Below, one piece after another: positions 8,860-17,760 of a stretch of 23,272 nucleotides of DNA. Numbering within the stretch: the stretch's first letter is position 1; each line of letters opens with the position of its first letter. The DNA comes from Candidatus Hodarchaeum mangrovi (GTDB taxonomy: Archaea; Asgardarchaeota; Heimdallarchaeia; Hodarchaeales; Hodarchaeaceae): contig JAEOUE010000145.1 in NCBI GenBank assembly GCA_016839515.1, positions 1-23,272 on the forward strand, read 5' to 3'. The position numbers and the translations under genes are program-made. The notes below the pieces were generated by a model. That model saw only the letters and a program-made list of their open reading frames with translations, was not told the DNA's origin and did not search any database.

Positions 8860-9690
8860 TTAAAGCTTTGTATTATTTACCACCTGCTCCAAACAAATTA
8901 TTTTCTTCTTCAGAGATTCTGAAGTAATATCAATTGATTTCCAATTCACCAAGTATGTTTCTAGAGTCTTAATAAAGTCTCTGACAAAATTTAAATGCCC
9001 AGTTTCTTTCTTAGATAATTGATGAAGAGCATCAGATAATAGATGACAATTATTTTCATTGAAAAAAATCATAGACTGGTTGAAATTTTCTTCTAAAGCT
9101 TTTTGACTGTCTTTTAAGGGACCAGGGCCCATATAATCAGTATCAGTGTAAATTAGTCTTCCATCTCCCTTTATTAACCAGTGGTTTTCATTGAAGTCTA
9201 ATAGAATACAAGCTGAAGAAGCTAGATAAATTATTTCTAGTAATTCTTTTATTTCTGACATGTTCTCAAATTGACAAACAGGAGAAAAAACAAAACGCTG
9301 TAAAATTAATAAAAAGTCACGTGTATCAAGAAAATAAGTAGCAGGATAATGATCTCGAAGTGCAGCAATTAAAGTTTTTACACGATCTCTTCGATAAACA
9401 GCTTGATTAAACACAGGCTCATTTCCAATTTCAGGTTTAGGAAATGCTCGAAGAGTAAAGTATTCATGGTTTGGGGAAGGTGAAAAAACTGGAATAGAAC
9501 GATCTATTCCATATCCAGGACGTTTTACCTCATAAAATTCAAAAAAACGATCATCATCTAAACCGAAAAATTCTTTAAGTAGATGTCTTACTTCTAATTC
9601 ATTAAATTTTTTAAAAAGGGGTACATTTTCGTCCTCAAGCTTCCTGACTTCGAAATGAAAATCAAGCATGGGAGGACACAATTCAATCAC
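8860..9690 (-). CDS. Hypothetical protein, probable divergent protein kinase-like fold
   Basis: Long ORF co-oriented 4 bp upstream of the NTPase; ordered kinase-like motifs PGYGID, FTLRAF, YPATY, LILQRFV, LDFNENHWLI, LIYTDTD. The CDS is secure; the fold call is inference. Start GTG 9690 or ATG 9669. Confidence 0.55.
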   Translation of the reverse strand: MIELCPPMLDFHFEVRKLEDENVPLFKKFNELEVRHLLKEFFGLDDDRFFEFYEVKRPGYGIDRSIPVFSPSPNHEYFTLRAFPKPEIGNEPVFNQAVYRRDRVKTLIAALRDHYPATYFLDTRDFLLILQRFVFSPVCQFENMSEIKELLEIIYLASSACILLDFNENHWLIKGDGRLIYTDTDYMGPGPLKDSQKALEENFNQSMIFFNENNCHLLSDALHQLSKKETGHLNFVRDFIKTLETYLVNWKSIDITSESLKKKIICLEQVVNNTKL

Positions 9691-9824
9691 ATCAAATCTC
9701 TTGAAGAGTACTGCTAATCATAAATCATAAGAATCTTACTTTAATGAAATCTACCGAAGATAATCAACAATATTTTAGTATAATCTAAATATAAAGAGTT
9801 TATTTATTTGGTGGTTTTATTCGG

Positions 9825-11750
9825 GTGCTTTCGGGTAATTTCATATGTCGAAAAGATCTAATTGACTCTTACGAAGCTGATTCAATTTTTATCGAAATCC
9901 GAAATTATTTAGCAGGAAATCTAGCTGGAACAACTAAAGATGACCTTTTAGTAGAGCAGATGCTATTTTTACTCATATGTAAACTCAAGGATGAACAGGA
10001 AACGAAATTTGAAGAACCAGTTTTTTTCCAAACAAAATATCCCAATCAGCTTACTCTTAAACAAAGAATTAATATTCTCTTCAAAGAAATCCATAAAAAA
10101 TATCCGACAATTATGGAACCCAGAGATGAAATAAAATTTGATGATAAATCACTGGAATTTGTAGTCTCAAAATTAGAAAACATTTCTATCGTTTCTAAAA
10201 AGGAAACTATTTTTAGAGTTCTTTTTGAACGATTTATGGGATCTAATTTAAGAGGTGATAAAGGCCAATTTTTTACACCAGCCCCTATAATTAAATTACT
10301 ATTGGGACTAATCGATTCGAATAATAATATCAAAATATTAGATCCTGCGTGTGGTACAGGAGATATTCTCATCAATGCGTTTTTAAATGGATACAATTCA
10401 ATTTGGGGGATAGAGAAAGATAGTTTTCTCGCAAAAATAACTCAACTATATTTAATTCTCCTTGGATCTAATAATAAGAGAATTATTGAAGGTAATGCCC
10501 TTTCAACTTATCAGTCATGGTCTGATCAACTAAAAATAAACATTAACTTTAATTTCTTTGATTTGATTTTAGTAAATCCCCCTTTTGGAGCAAAAATTCC
10601 TGTTAATGATAAAGAAATTCTTCAGCAGTTTCAGCTAGGATTTAAATGGCAAAAAGACCCTAATACTGGTGATTGGCAAAAAGTAGCATTGAGAGAATCC
10701 CAAGCTCCTCAAATTTTATTTATTGAACGTTGTTTAGAATTCTTGAAATCTGGAGGGAAAATGATAATTATATTACCTGAAGGTGTATTATCAAATCCAT
10801 CTGATAGGTACATTATTCAATTTATTTTAAAATGCTCAACAATTTTAGCTATTATTAGTTGTCCTCAGGCTACATTTTTACCTTATACTTTTGTAAAAAC
10901 AAATATCTTAATTCTTGAAAAATCTCCACCACCTGTTAATTACTCTTTCTTTATGGGAATAATAGAATCAATTAAACTGTATGATAAGGATAATAATTCC
11001 GATATCTCAAAAGTAATTAATAATTACAAGATTTATTTAAAAAATAGTGGATCTTTACCTGATTCGTCTAAATTTGGATTTGTATTAAACATTAATGAAC
11101 TGAAAAACCTAATATTAATTCCTGAATATTATAATCCAGATATTAAAAATCAATTGAAAGAAATTAATAAAGATAAATTTGAATTAATCCGTTTTGGTGA
11201 TCTGGTTAAAGCTAAAATTATTAAAGTCAATCGTGGACATGAAATTGGAGTAAAGAGTTATGGAACAGGTGAAATCCCTTTTATACGAACCTCTGATATT
11301 TTTAACTGGGAAATAAATCTCAATCCAATCAAAAAGGTCTCTGAAGAAATCTGGAACAAATATAAGGATAAACAAGATATCCAAGCTGGAGATATTCTAT
11401 TTGTCAATGATGGAACCTTTTTAATTGGGAGATGTGCATTAGTTACCCCATATGAAACCAAGATTCTAATCCAATCCCATATACGAAAATTTCGAGTCAA
11501 TTTTAATTCTGAGTTCTTTAATGAATACTTACTATTTTGGGCTTTAAATACTGAGATTTGTCAGAATCAGATAAAATCTAAAATTTTTATCCAAGCTACA
11601 ATTTCAACTTTAGGAAATCGAATTAATGAGCTTTTACTTCCTATTCCAAAGGATTCTAACTTAAAAAAGAACTTAATTAAGCAAACTAAAAAAATTCTCC
11701 TCAAAAAAGCTCAATTAAAATCAAATTTTGCTAAATTACTAAGAATTTGA
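9825..11750 (+). CDS. N6-adenine DNA methyltransferase (type I M / IIG-like) fused to a C-terminal HsdS-like target recognition domain
   Basis: GQFFTP, motif I LDPACGTG, motif IV NPPFG, LFIERCLEFLK.GG, IILPEG, VKTNIL; C-terminal TRD-like IPFIRTSDI, IQAGDILF, IGRCA, YLLFWALN, LLLPIP. GTG start with GGTGG at 9810-9814. Confidence 0.9.
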   Translation: MLSGNFICRKDLIDSYEADSIFIEIRNYLAGNLAGTTKDDLLVEQMLFLLICKLKDEQETKFEEPVFFQTKYPNQLTLKQRINILFKEIHKKYPTIMEPRDEIKFDDKSLEFVVSKLENISIVSKKETIFRVLFERFMGSNLRGDKGQFFTPAPIIKLLLGLIDSNNNIKILDPACGTGDILINAFLNGYNSIWGIEKDSFLAKITQLYLILLGSNNKRIIEGNALSTYQSWSDQLKININFNFFDLILVNPPFGAKIPVNDKEILQQFQLGFKWQKDPNTGDWQKVALRESQAPQILFIERCLEFLKSGGKMIIILPEGVLSNPSDRYIIQFILKCSTILAIISCPQATFLPYTFVKTNILILEKSPPPVNYSFFMGIIESIKLYDKDNNSDISKVINNYKIYLKNSGSLPDSSKFGFVLNINELKNLILIPEYYNPDIKNQLKEINKDKFELIRFGDLVKAKIIKVNRGHEIGVKSYGTGEIPFIRTSDIFNWEINLNPIKKVSEEIWNKYKDKQDIQAGDILFVNDGTFLIGRCALVTPYETKILIQSHIRKFRVNFNSEFFNEYLLFWALNTEICQNQIKSKIFIQATISTLGNRINELLLPIPKDSNLKKNLIKQTKKILLKKAQLKSNFAKLLRI

Positions 11751-11904
11751 TTAAAAGGGTCATTAAAGAGGGAGATATTTGTAGATCTAAACTTTTTTGA
11801 CTATATATCTTTTATTATAATAAAAAAGTGAGAAGTATATAAATAATTTATAAAATACAAAACTTTTTAAGCACCTAAATATTAAGTTATGTATAATATA
11901 AATA

Positions 11905-12759
11905 TTGATTATAAAAAAGGAATGGAATAAAAAAGTGCTAAGAAGAAATGAAATTAAATGGGAAGATGAAATTTGTCACGATGATTTCTATCAAAATCAC
12001 GAAAATGAAGTAATTAGTTTCACAGGATCAATCCTGGCAGCAAAAATACTAAAAAATAACGAAAATTTTCCTTCACGTATTGCATTATTACACAATCAGA
12101 TAACTCATCAAGAAACGCATTTTGACAGACGTTTTAAAGAAAACTCCCGAGTTTCATCCTTACTCTGCCGATTTTTCCCAAAACTTTGGTTGAATGAGAT
12201 TACAATTTGTTACCGAGATTCTGATATCAATTTGGGCGTAAGAAGTTTCCAAAATCGGATTAATTCCTATTTAGGATTTATTGAGGTATATTTGAATTTT
12301 TTAGGTTTAACAATTCTTGAGTCTGTAATTAATGCGATTAACCATGATTTTGGCCTTCATGTTGATAAGCCAAAGATAATCAAGTGGAAACTCAAGATCC
12401 TTTCTTCTATTCCTGAACTCCGTAAAAAATATCAGATTATGCAACAAAACATACAAGAATCCTCATTTATAGTTATATGTGTTAAAACAATGAATGAGGA
12501 GTTAAATTTAACTCATTATTCACAACTAGAAAAATTTCACATTAAACAACGTGTTTTATTACTAGCACGAGATTTTATATCACGGAGAAAGACAAGATTT
12601 CTGAAAAAACCAGAAATTTGGAGCAAAGCTATTTGTTTGAAGGCTGTCCGTGACACTTTTCCTGATCTACCAAGTAATTTGTTTCCTCATTTATCCAAAA
12701 ATCGATTAAAAATGGTTGAAAATAAACGTTGGCAATTAGACCGACTGTTTTCTAATTAA
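11905..12759 (+). CDS. Hypothetical basic helical protein, possibly degenerate TFB/cyclin-fold
   Basis: 284-aa ORF filling the gap, stop overlaps the permease stop in TTAA 12756-12759; weak resemblance to TFIIB cyclin repeats. Start (TTG) uncertain. Confidence 0.5.
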   Translation: MIIKKEWNKKVLRRNEIKWEDEICHDDFYQNHENEVISFTGSILAAKILKNNENFPSRIALLHNQITHQETHFDRRFKENSRVSSLLCRFFPKLWLNEITICYRDSDINLGVRSFQNRINSYLGFIEVYLNFLGLTILESVINAINHDFGLHVDKPKIIKWKLKILSSIPELRKKYQIMQQNIQESSFIVICVKTMNEELNLTHYSQLEKFHIKQRVLLLARDFISRRKTRFLKKPEIWSKAICLKAVRDTFPDLPSNLFPHLSKNRLKMVENKRWQLDRLFSN

Positions 12760-14582
12760 ATAATTTTTTTAGCGAGTTGTTTTACATACAGGTATATTGC
12801 CAGACCAACAATAATTGATGCTCCAAATAAAACTAACCAAGAAGAAAGGGCAGGAAAAGCAGGATTGGATATAATTAGAGAATAAGAAGTCGAAAATCCG
12901 AGTATTATTCCGTAAAAAAAACCTTGAGAAGACAGAAAAATTATGATCCATAATAAAATTCTTTGAATAATGAGATTTCGACCACCCACAGCCCTAATAA
13001 TAGAAAGATCTTGATTTAAAACATTACAAAGTATAACAAGAAAAGTAGAAAGGGAAAGAAAAGCTGAAACAAATACGGGGGTAAATGCAAGATTAGAATA
13101 AAACCAGTAATTCCTCGTATCTTCATGATAAAGCTGTTTAAAAGGTTCTAAAGAAAACCAATGCAAATTATAGTTTTCAATTAAGGTGTAAACCCTTCTT
13201 GTTGGATTTTTAACAAATAATACATTTGTAAAATTTACAGATAATTCAGGATATAATTCCAGCATACTGGATCTCCATAAAAAAATTGAATGACCTTTAG
13301 CAAAAGGATCAATGACTGCCTTCTCTATTTCAAAGCGTTTAACGGAAAGATCAATACCATTTATTTGTTTTGGAATTAATGAGGTAATAGTATTTTTCTT
13401 TACGAGATATTTCCACCCATCCCCGATGATTATAGGTTGATACTCTGGAGGAGAATCATATGGAAGTTTCCAAGAATAATATTGGAAGATTGTTGATATT
13501 TCATCGATAACCCAAAAATAACTTGGAAAAGTTGTATTTTCTGCTCCAGTCCAAATATCCTCATAATTTATACCTGGAATAAAATATATGTAACCCAATG
13601 AAAACCATCTTTTCTCATAGGAACTATTTTCCTCTTGAATCTCTTTAATAAATTGTTCTGAAATCGATTCGCTACTCATTTTCATTGAAAAATTGAAATT
13701 TATTCTATTAAAAGGGTTGTAGAGATCTTTAAGAAGGATTGATAAATCCAAAGAAGGAGTTATGATAATTACGTCAGATGAAAACCCATGATTAATGTAT
13801 TCATTGGAGGTTTCCTGAATAATAGATCCACCAAGCAAGCCAAAAGAACTAATTAAGGATAAAGTCAGTATTCCAAAAATTACGACACGAGAAATCAACC
13901 TGAACCTTTTTTGAAATAAATACCCAAGTAAAAAAGCAGGCTTTTTCTTAGTTGATATTCCTAGTATTCTTCTTTGATCAGAATTTGACTCAATCGCATA
14001 TTGACTAAGAGCCAGTTCTTGGAATTTTCTTTTAATTAAAATATTAATTAGAAAACCAGAGATAAGATAGGTTCCAGCAATAGAAAGAAAAAAGAACCAA
14101 GCAACAAATATAAAATAATCAATAATTTTTCCTATAGTAAGGTTTATATTAAATCCAAGTAAAATTTGAAAAATAAGTCCTCCAATCAATCCCTCTATCG
14201 CTCCTAATAGAACTGAAAAGCAATTAATTAACAAAACGTTTGTAAGAGGGATTCGTTGTATTTTTTTAAACGTTCCACCAAGGGCAGAAAGCACACTGAA
14301 ATCATCCATCTGGGAAACTGTTAATAAAGATGCTAAGACACTAGCAATTGATATTGAAGAAAGAAGGGCAAAGAACTGTGTAAATTCTAAATATCTAGTC
14401 ATTAGATTTAGAATACTAATATTAAATTTGATTTGAAATGAAGATACTTCAGAGTATAAACCTTTTGATAATAAAAAGAATATACCTCCAGTCGCCATTG
14501 ACAGAGAATGAGTAAATATAAAAATTCGTGACCTTTGTGGATTACGTGATATGTTTTTCCAAGCAAGCGTTAAATTACCCAA
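12756..14582 (-). CDS. ABC transporter permease, FtsX/MacB-like
   Basis: LAWKNISRNPQRS start, two FtsX-like motifs (DFSVLSALGG; DLSIIRAVGG), about 8 TM segments, large soluble loop; follows the ABC ATPase by 9 bp; TTG start. Confidence 0.88.
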   Translation of the reverse strand: MGNLTLAWKNISRNPQRSRIFIFTHSLSMATGGIFFLLSKGLYSEVSSFQIKFNISILNLMTRYLEFTQFFALLSSISIASVLASLLTVSQMDDFSVLSALGGTFKKIQRIPLTNVLLINCFSVLLGAIEGLIGGLIFQILLGFNINLTIGKIIDYFIFVAWFFFLSIAGTYLISGFLINILIKRKFQELALSQYAIESNSDQRRILGISTKKKPAFLLGYLFQKRFRLISRVVIFGILTLSLISSFGLLGGSIIQETSNEYINHGFSSDVIIITPSLDLSILLKDLYNPFNRINFNFSMKMSSESISEQFIKEIQEENSSYEKRWFSLGYIYFIPGINYEDIWTGAENTTFPSYFWVIDEISTIFQYYSWKLPYDSPPEYQPIIIGDGWKYLVKKNTITSLIPKQINGIDLSVKRFEIEKAVIDPFAKGHSIFLWRSSMLELYPELSVNFTNVLFVKNPTRRVYTLIENYNLHWFSLEPFKQLYHEDTRNYWFYSNLAFTPVFVSAFLSLSTFLVILCNVLNQDLSIIRAVGGRNLIIQRILLWIIIFLSSQGFFYGIILGFSTSYSLIISNPAFPALSSWLVLFGASIIVGLAIYLYVKQLAKKII

Positions 14583-14591
14583 TTCTATCCC

Positions 14592-15266
14592 CTATTTTTG
14601 CTGTAAACATCCATGGATTGGGATGTGAGTTTGATCAGCTAGAGGTTCAATTTCTGGTTCATGACTAATAACAACAATAGTTTTTTTTCCTTTTAATTCT
14701 GTGAGTTTATCGATAATAACTTGTCTTGTTTTTTGATCTTGATTCGAAGTTGCTTCATCAACAAGTAGTAAAGGAGGATCAAGAATTAAAGCACGAACGA
14801 AAGCAGCTCTTTGAAATTCTCCTCCACTTACTTGACGAGGAAGAGAATTTTTTCTATGGATCAAGGAAAATTCTTTCATTAAATTATTTGCACGCTGTTC
14901 GTAGTCATATTCATCTCGTTCTGTTAAAACTACTGGCAAAAGTATGTTTTCTTTAATTGTTAAACTACTAATTAGATGACCCATTTGAAATACTATTCCA
15001 ATAGTCATAGAGCGAAAAATTGCCAATGATTCTGTATTCATAGCATGAAGATCGTGATCAAAAACTCTAATACTTCCTGAATTAACTAAGGTTAATCCTG
15101 CTATCAATGCAATAAGAGTAGATTTTCCACAGCCACTTGGACCTTTTATTAATGAAAAACTGTTTTCTCTGCATTGATAAAACAGGTCTGTGAAGATATT
15201 GATTCTCTCTGTTCCAAGGAAAAAAGATTTTTCAACATCTTTCATTTCAATTACATAATGAACCAT
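14592..15266 (-). CDS. ABC transporter ATP-binding protein, LolD/MacB family
   Basis: Walker A GPSGCGKS, Q-loop IGIVFQ, signature VSGGEFQR, Walker B LLLVDE, H-loop ISHE. Confidence 0.94.
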   Translation of the reverse strand: MVHYVIEMKDVEKSFFLGTERINIFTDLFYQCRENSFSLIKGPSGCGKSTLIALIAGLTLVNSGSIRVFDHDLHAMNTESLAIFRSMTIGIVFQMGHLISSLTIKENILLPVVLTERDEYDYEQRANNLMKEFSLIHRKNSLPRQVSGGEFQRAAFVRALILDPPLLLVDEATSNQDQKTRQVIIDKLTELKGKKTIVVISHEPEIEPLADQTHIPIHGCLQQK

Positions 15267-15363
15267 AAAACTTTACAAATTGAATTATGATTTAATCTTT
15301 CTGGTACAGTAATTAGTTTGTTGAGTTTACATCCTTGTTTATTCAATGAAATCTTGGTATATA

Positions 15364-15389
15364 TTCTCTAATGGTATCCCACTAGAGAA
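15364..15389. repeat. Inverted repeat TTCTCTAATGG-TATC-CCACTAGAGAA in the divergent ABC/sufS intergenic region
   Basis: 11-bp arms with 10 Watson-Crick pairs and a 4-nt loop; the single mismatch is a G-U wobble on the minus-strand RNA. Confidence 0.7.
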
Positions 15390-15611
15390 AATGAAAAGCT
15401 TTTTTGAAAAAGTTTATTTTAAAAAATTGTATAACACTCACTAAAAGATAAAAATCTGATATTTTCTAATCGTTTGTAGAATATTTTATCAATAGGTCAG
15501 ATATTTTAGAATTAGAAATTAAAACTGACTAAACTGTTGCAAAAGAAGATGAATAATATGGACCACTGTAGTTCACTAATCTAAATGTTAAAATCTAAGA
15601 GGTTCAAATGA

Positions 15612-16868
15612 ATGTTAGATGTTTCAAGTATTCGCGAAGACTTTCCCGCTCTTCATGAATTAAAAGATGGGAAACCAATTATTTACGCCGATTCAGCTTG
15701 TATGTCTTTAAAACCTAAGCAAGTAATTAATGCTTTAGTTGATTATTACTCACATTATACTGCCTGTGCTGGTAGAAGTCCCCATGCTTTTTCACGAGAG
15801 ACAACAAGGTTGTATAATGAATCACGGAAAAAAATAGCTGCTTTTATCAACGCTAAGGATGCATCAGAAGTTGTTTGGGTAAGGAATACCACTGAAGCTT
15901 TAAATTTAGGTGGTAATATATTAAACCTAAACTCAAAGGAGAAACCAACTATAATAACGACCTCAGAATCACATAATTCAAACTTGGTTAAGTGGGTACG
16001 TCTTGAAAGTCTCGGTAGAATTAATCTAATTATTATTCCAACCCACATTGATTGTGTCTTTGACATAGAGAAATTTACTTCAGTTGTAGAAAAATGCTCT
16101 CCTGGAAACTTCTTAGCTAGCCTAAATCATATAAGTAATGTGACCGCAGCTAAAATTCCTGTGAAAGAGCTAGGTAAAATTGTACATGAAAATGAGGGGA
16201 TTCTCCAACTAGATGCGGCCCAATCATTCCCCCATACACCAATAGATGTTCAGAAAATGGAAATCGATTTACTTGGAGCATCCATGCACAAAGCGCTCGG
16301 ACCAACTGGAGTGGGGATATTATATGGGAAGTATGACTTACTTGAACAATTAGAACCTCTTATTCTAGGTGGAGAAACCGTCTCTGATGTAAAAGCATTA
16401 AATTCAGGAAAAGTTAACATTGAATTGCTTAATCCACCCTCAAAATTTGAAGCTGGTCTTCAAGATTATGCGGGGGCCATTGGTTCAGGAGCAGCGATTG
16501 ATTATTTGAACTCGGTAGGAATGGAAAATATTGCAGAATATGAAGTTCACCTAGCAAATAAAATGCTTACAGGATTAGAAGAAACTTTAGGGAAAAAAAT
16601 CCAAGTATTAGGCCCAAAAGATCCGAAACACCGAGCTGCATTGGCTGCTATAGATCTTAAAGGAATAAATCCCCATGAAGTAGCAATTCTCATGGATGAA
16701 ATGAATAATATTTTTCTTAGATCTGGGTACCACTGTGCTCATTACTGGCATCATACAATCAATCTTAATGAGGGAACACTAAGACCAAGTTGGTATCTCT
16801 ATAATACAGTAGAGGAAATAGAAATCTTCATTGCGACACTCGAAGAAATTATTAGTATGCTGACTTAA
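15612..16868 (+). CDS. sufS: Cysteine desulfurase, group II (SufS/CsdA family, PLP class V)
   Basis: IREDFP, IYADSA..SLKP.QV, RNTTEALN, HISNV, DAAQS, SMHKALGPTGVG (PLP Lys), FEAG, RSGYHCA (group II catalytic Cys motif RxGxHCA), RPSWYLYNT.EEI. Confidence 0.92.
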   Translation: MLDVSSIREDFPALHELKDGKPIIYADSACMSLKPKQVINALVDYYSHYTACAGRSPHAFSRETTRLYNESRKKIAAFINAKDASEVVWVRNTTEALNLGGNILNLNSKEKPTIITTSESHNSNLVKWVRLESLGRINLIIIPTHIDCVFDIEKFTSVVEKCSPGNFLASLNHISNVTAAKIPVKELGKIVHENEGILQLDAAQSFPHTPIDVQKMEIDLLGASMHKALGPTGVGILYGKYDLLEQLEPLILGGETVSDVKALNSGKVNIELLNPPSKFEAGLQDYAGAIGSGAAIDYLNSVGMENIAEYEVHLANKMLTGLEETLGKKIQVLGPKDPKHRAALAAIDLKGINPHEVAILMDEMNNIFLRSGYHCAHYWHHTINLNEGTLRPSWYLYNTVEEIEIFIATLEEIISMLT

Positions 16869-16881
16869 TGAGGAATATCTT

Positions 16882-17106
16882 GTGGCATTTAAAGATGAAG
16901 AAAAGGTCATGCAATTAATAATTTTATTATTAGAAGATATGCATGAAGCTACAACCAAACAACTTATCGATGAAGCAACATTACTTGGATTAGCCGAATG
17001 TCCTGACAAAATGCCCTCAGCTCTTGCAGAGCTTGCTGCAAAAGGACAAATTAAAAAGACAATCTCCCGGGAGAAGAAAGCGATTGTCTGGTCACTACCA
17101 AGTTAA
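16882..17106 (+). CDS. Small winged helix-like protein with a single Cys
   Basis: GTG start with GAGGA upstream, 13 bp after sufS; helix-ATTKQLI-helix-ALAELAAKGQIKK-hairpin-IVWSL pattern typical of wHTH. Confidence 0.65.
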   Translation: MAFKDEEKVMQLIILLLEDMHEATTKQLIDEATLLGLAECPDKMPSALAELAAKGQIKKTISREKKAIVWSLPS

Positions 17107-17118
17107 AAAAAGAAGAGA
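17105..17118 (-). terminator. Putative archaeal oligo-T terminator for the GTPase gene
   Basis: Minus strand reads TCTCTTCTTTTTTT directly after the GTPase stop codon. Confidence 0.4.
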
Positions 17119-17646
17119 TTAGGCAATAATATGCAATGCAAGTTCATGAAATGCCTTTTCTACATTTTCACCAGTCATTGCAGAGGTCAAGAAATGATCT
17201 ACAATCTCTGATTGCGATAAAAAATTAGATATATTGTCATCTGTAATTGAACGTAATTCCATTAAATCAGACTTATTTCCTATTAAAATCAAAGGAATTT
17301 CTCCAGTTACTTCTTTAATATCTGAAATCCAGTTATTTAAGCTATCTAAGCTACTTGGCATTGTTAAATCAAAAACAAGTAAAGCTCCTCGAGCTTGGGA
17401 ATAAAACTTTTTTCGAAAACTTCTGAATAATGATTGTCCTGCTATATCCCAAATTTGTAGATTAATATGTTGTCCTCCCACCTTAAAACGTTTGGAAAAA
17501 ATATCAACCCCAATTGTTGCCTTATAATCAGCCGCAAACTTTCCTGTAATAAATCTATTAATAAGAGTTGTTTTGCCTACTGCACCATCCCCTGCCAATA
17601 TGATTTTATATTTTCGAATGCTATCCATTTCTTCATCATTGGCCAT
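17119..17646 (-). CDS. Rab-like small GTPase (Ras superfamily)
   Basis: G1 GDGAVGKT, G2 YKATIGVD, G3 WDIAGQ, G4 NKSD, G5 SAM; no C-terminal Cys motif. Confidence 0.95.
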   Translation of the reverse strand: MANDEEMDSIRKYKIILAGDGAVGKTTLINRFITGKFAADYKATIGVDIFSKRFKVGGQHINLQIWDIAGQSLFRSFRKKFYSQARGALLVFDLTMPSSLDSLNNWISDIKEVTGEIPLILIGNKSDLMELRSITDDNISNFLSQSEIVDHFLTSAMTGENVEKAFHELALHIIA

Positions 17647-17760
17647 GAGTACAACTCCTATGATATGTTTCTTTCACCTCCCTTTTATTTATTTGTTTAT
17701 ATTATATGGAGAATAAAAAACAAAAACCATAGATAGGCCCCCCATAATTAGATAACTTTC

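Noticed and set aside
8856-8890. Possible upstream ATA start for the NTPase after an AGGTGG motif
   Set aside because: The motif lies within the upstream gene's coding sequence and TTG 8855 is adequate; not decidable from sequence.
9820-9836. Tandem TTCGGGT repeat at the methyltransferase start as a mobile-element scar
   Set aside because: Only 7 bp with no matching copy seen at the other end of the gene, and no integrase or transposase in the window.
4233-11750. Mrr-like gene and methyltransferase as one restriction-modification system
   Set aside because: They are 5 kb apart with seven unrelated genes between, and the nuclease motif looks degenerate.
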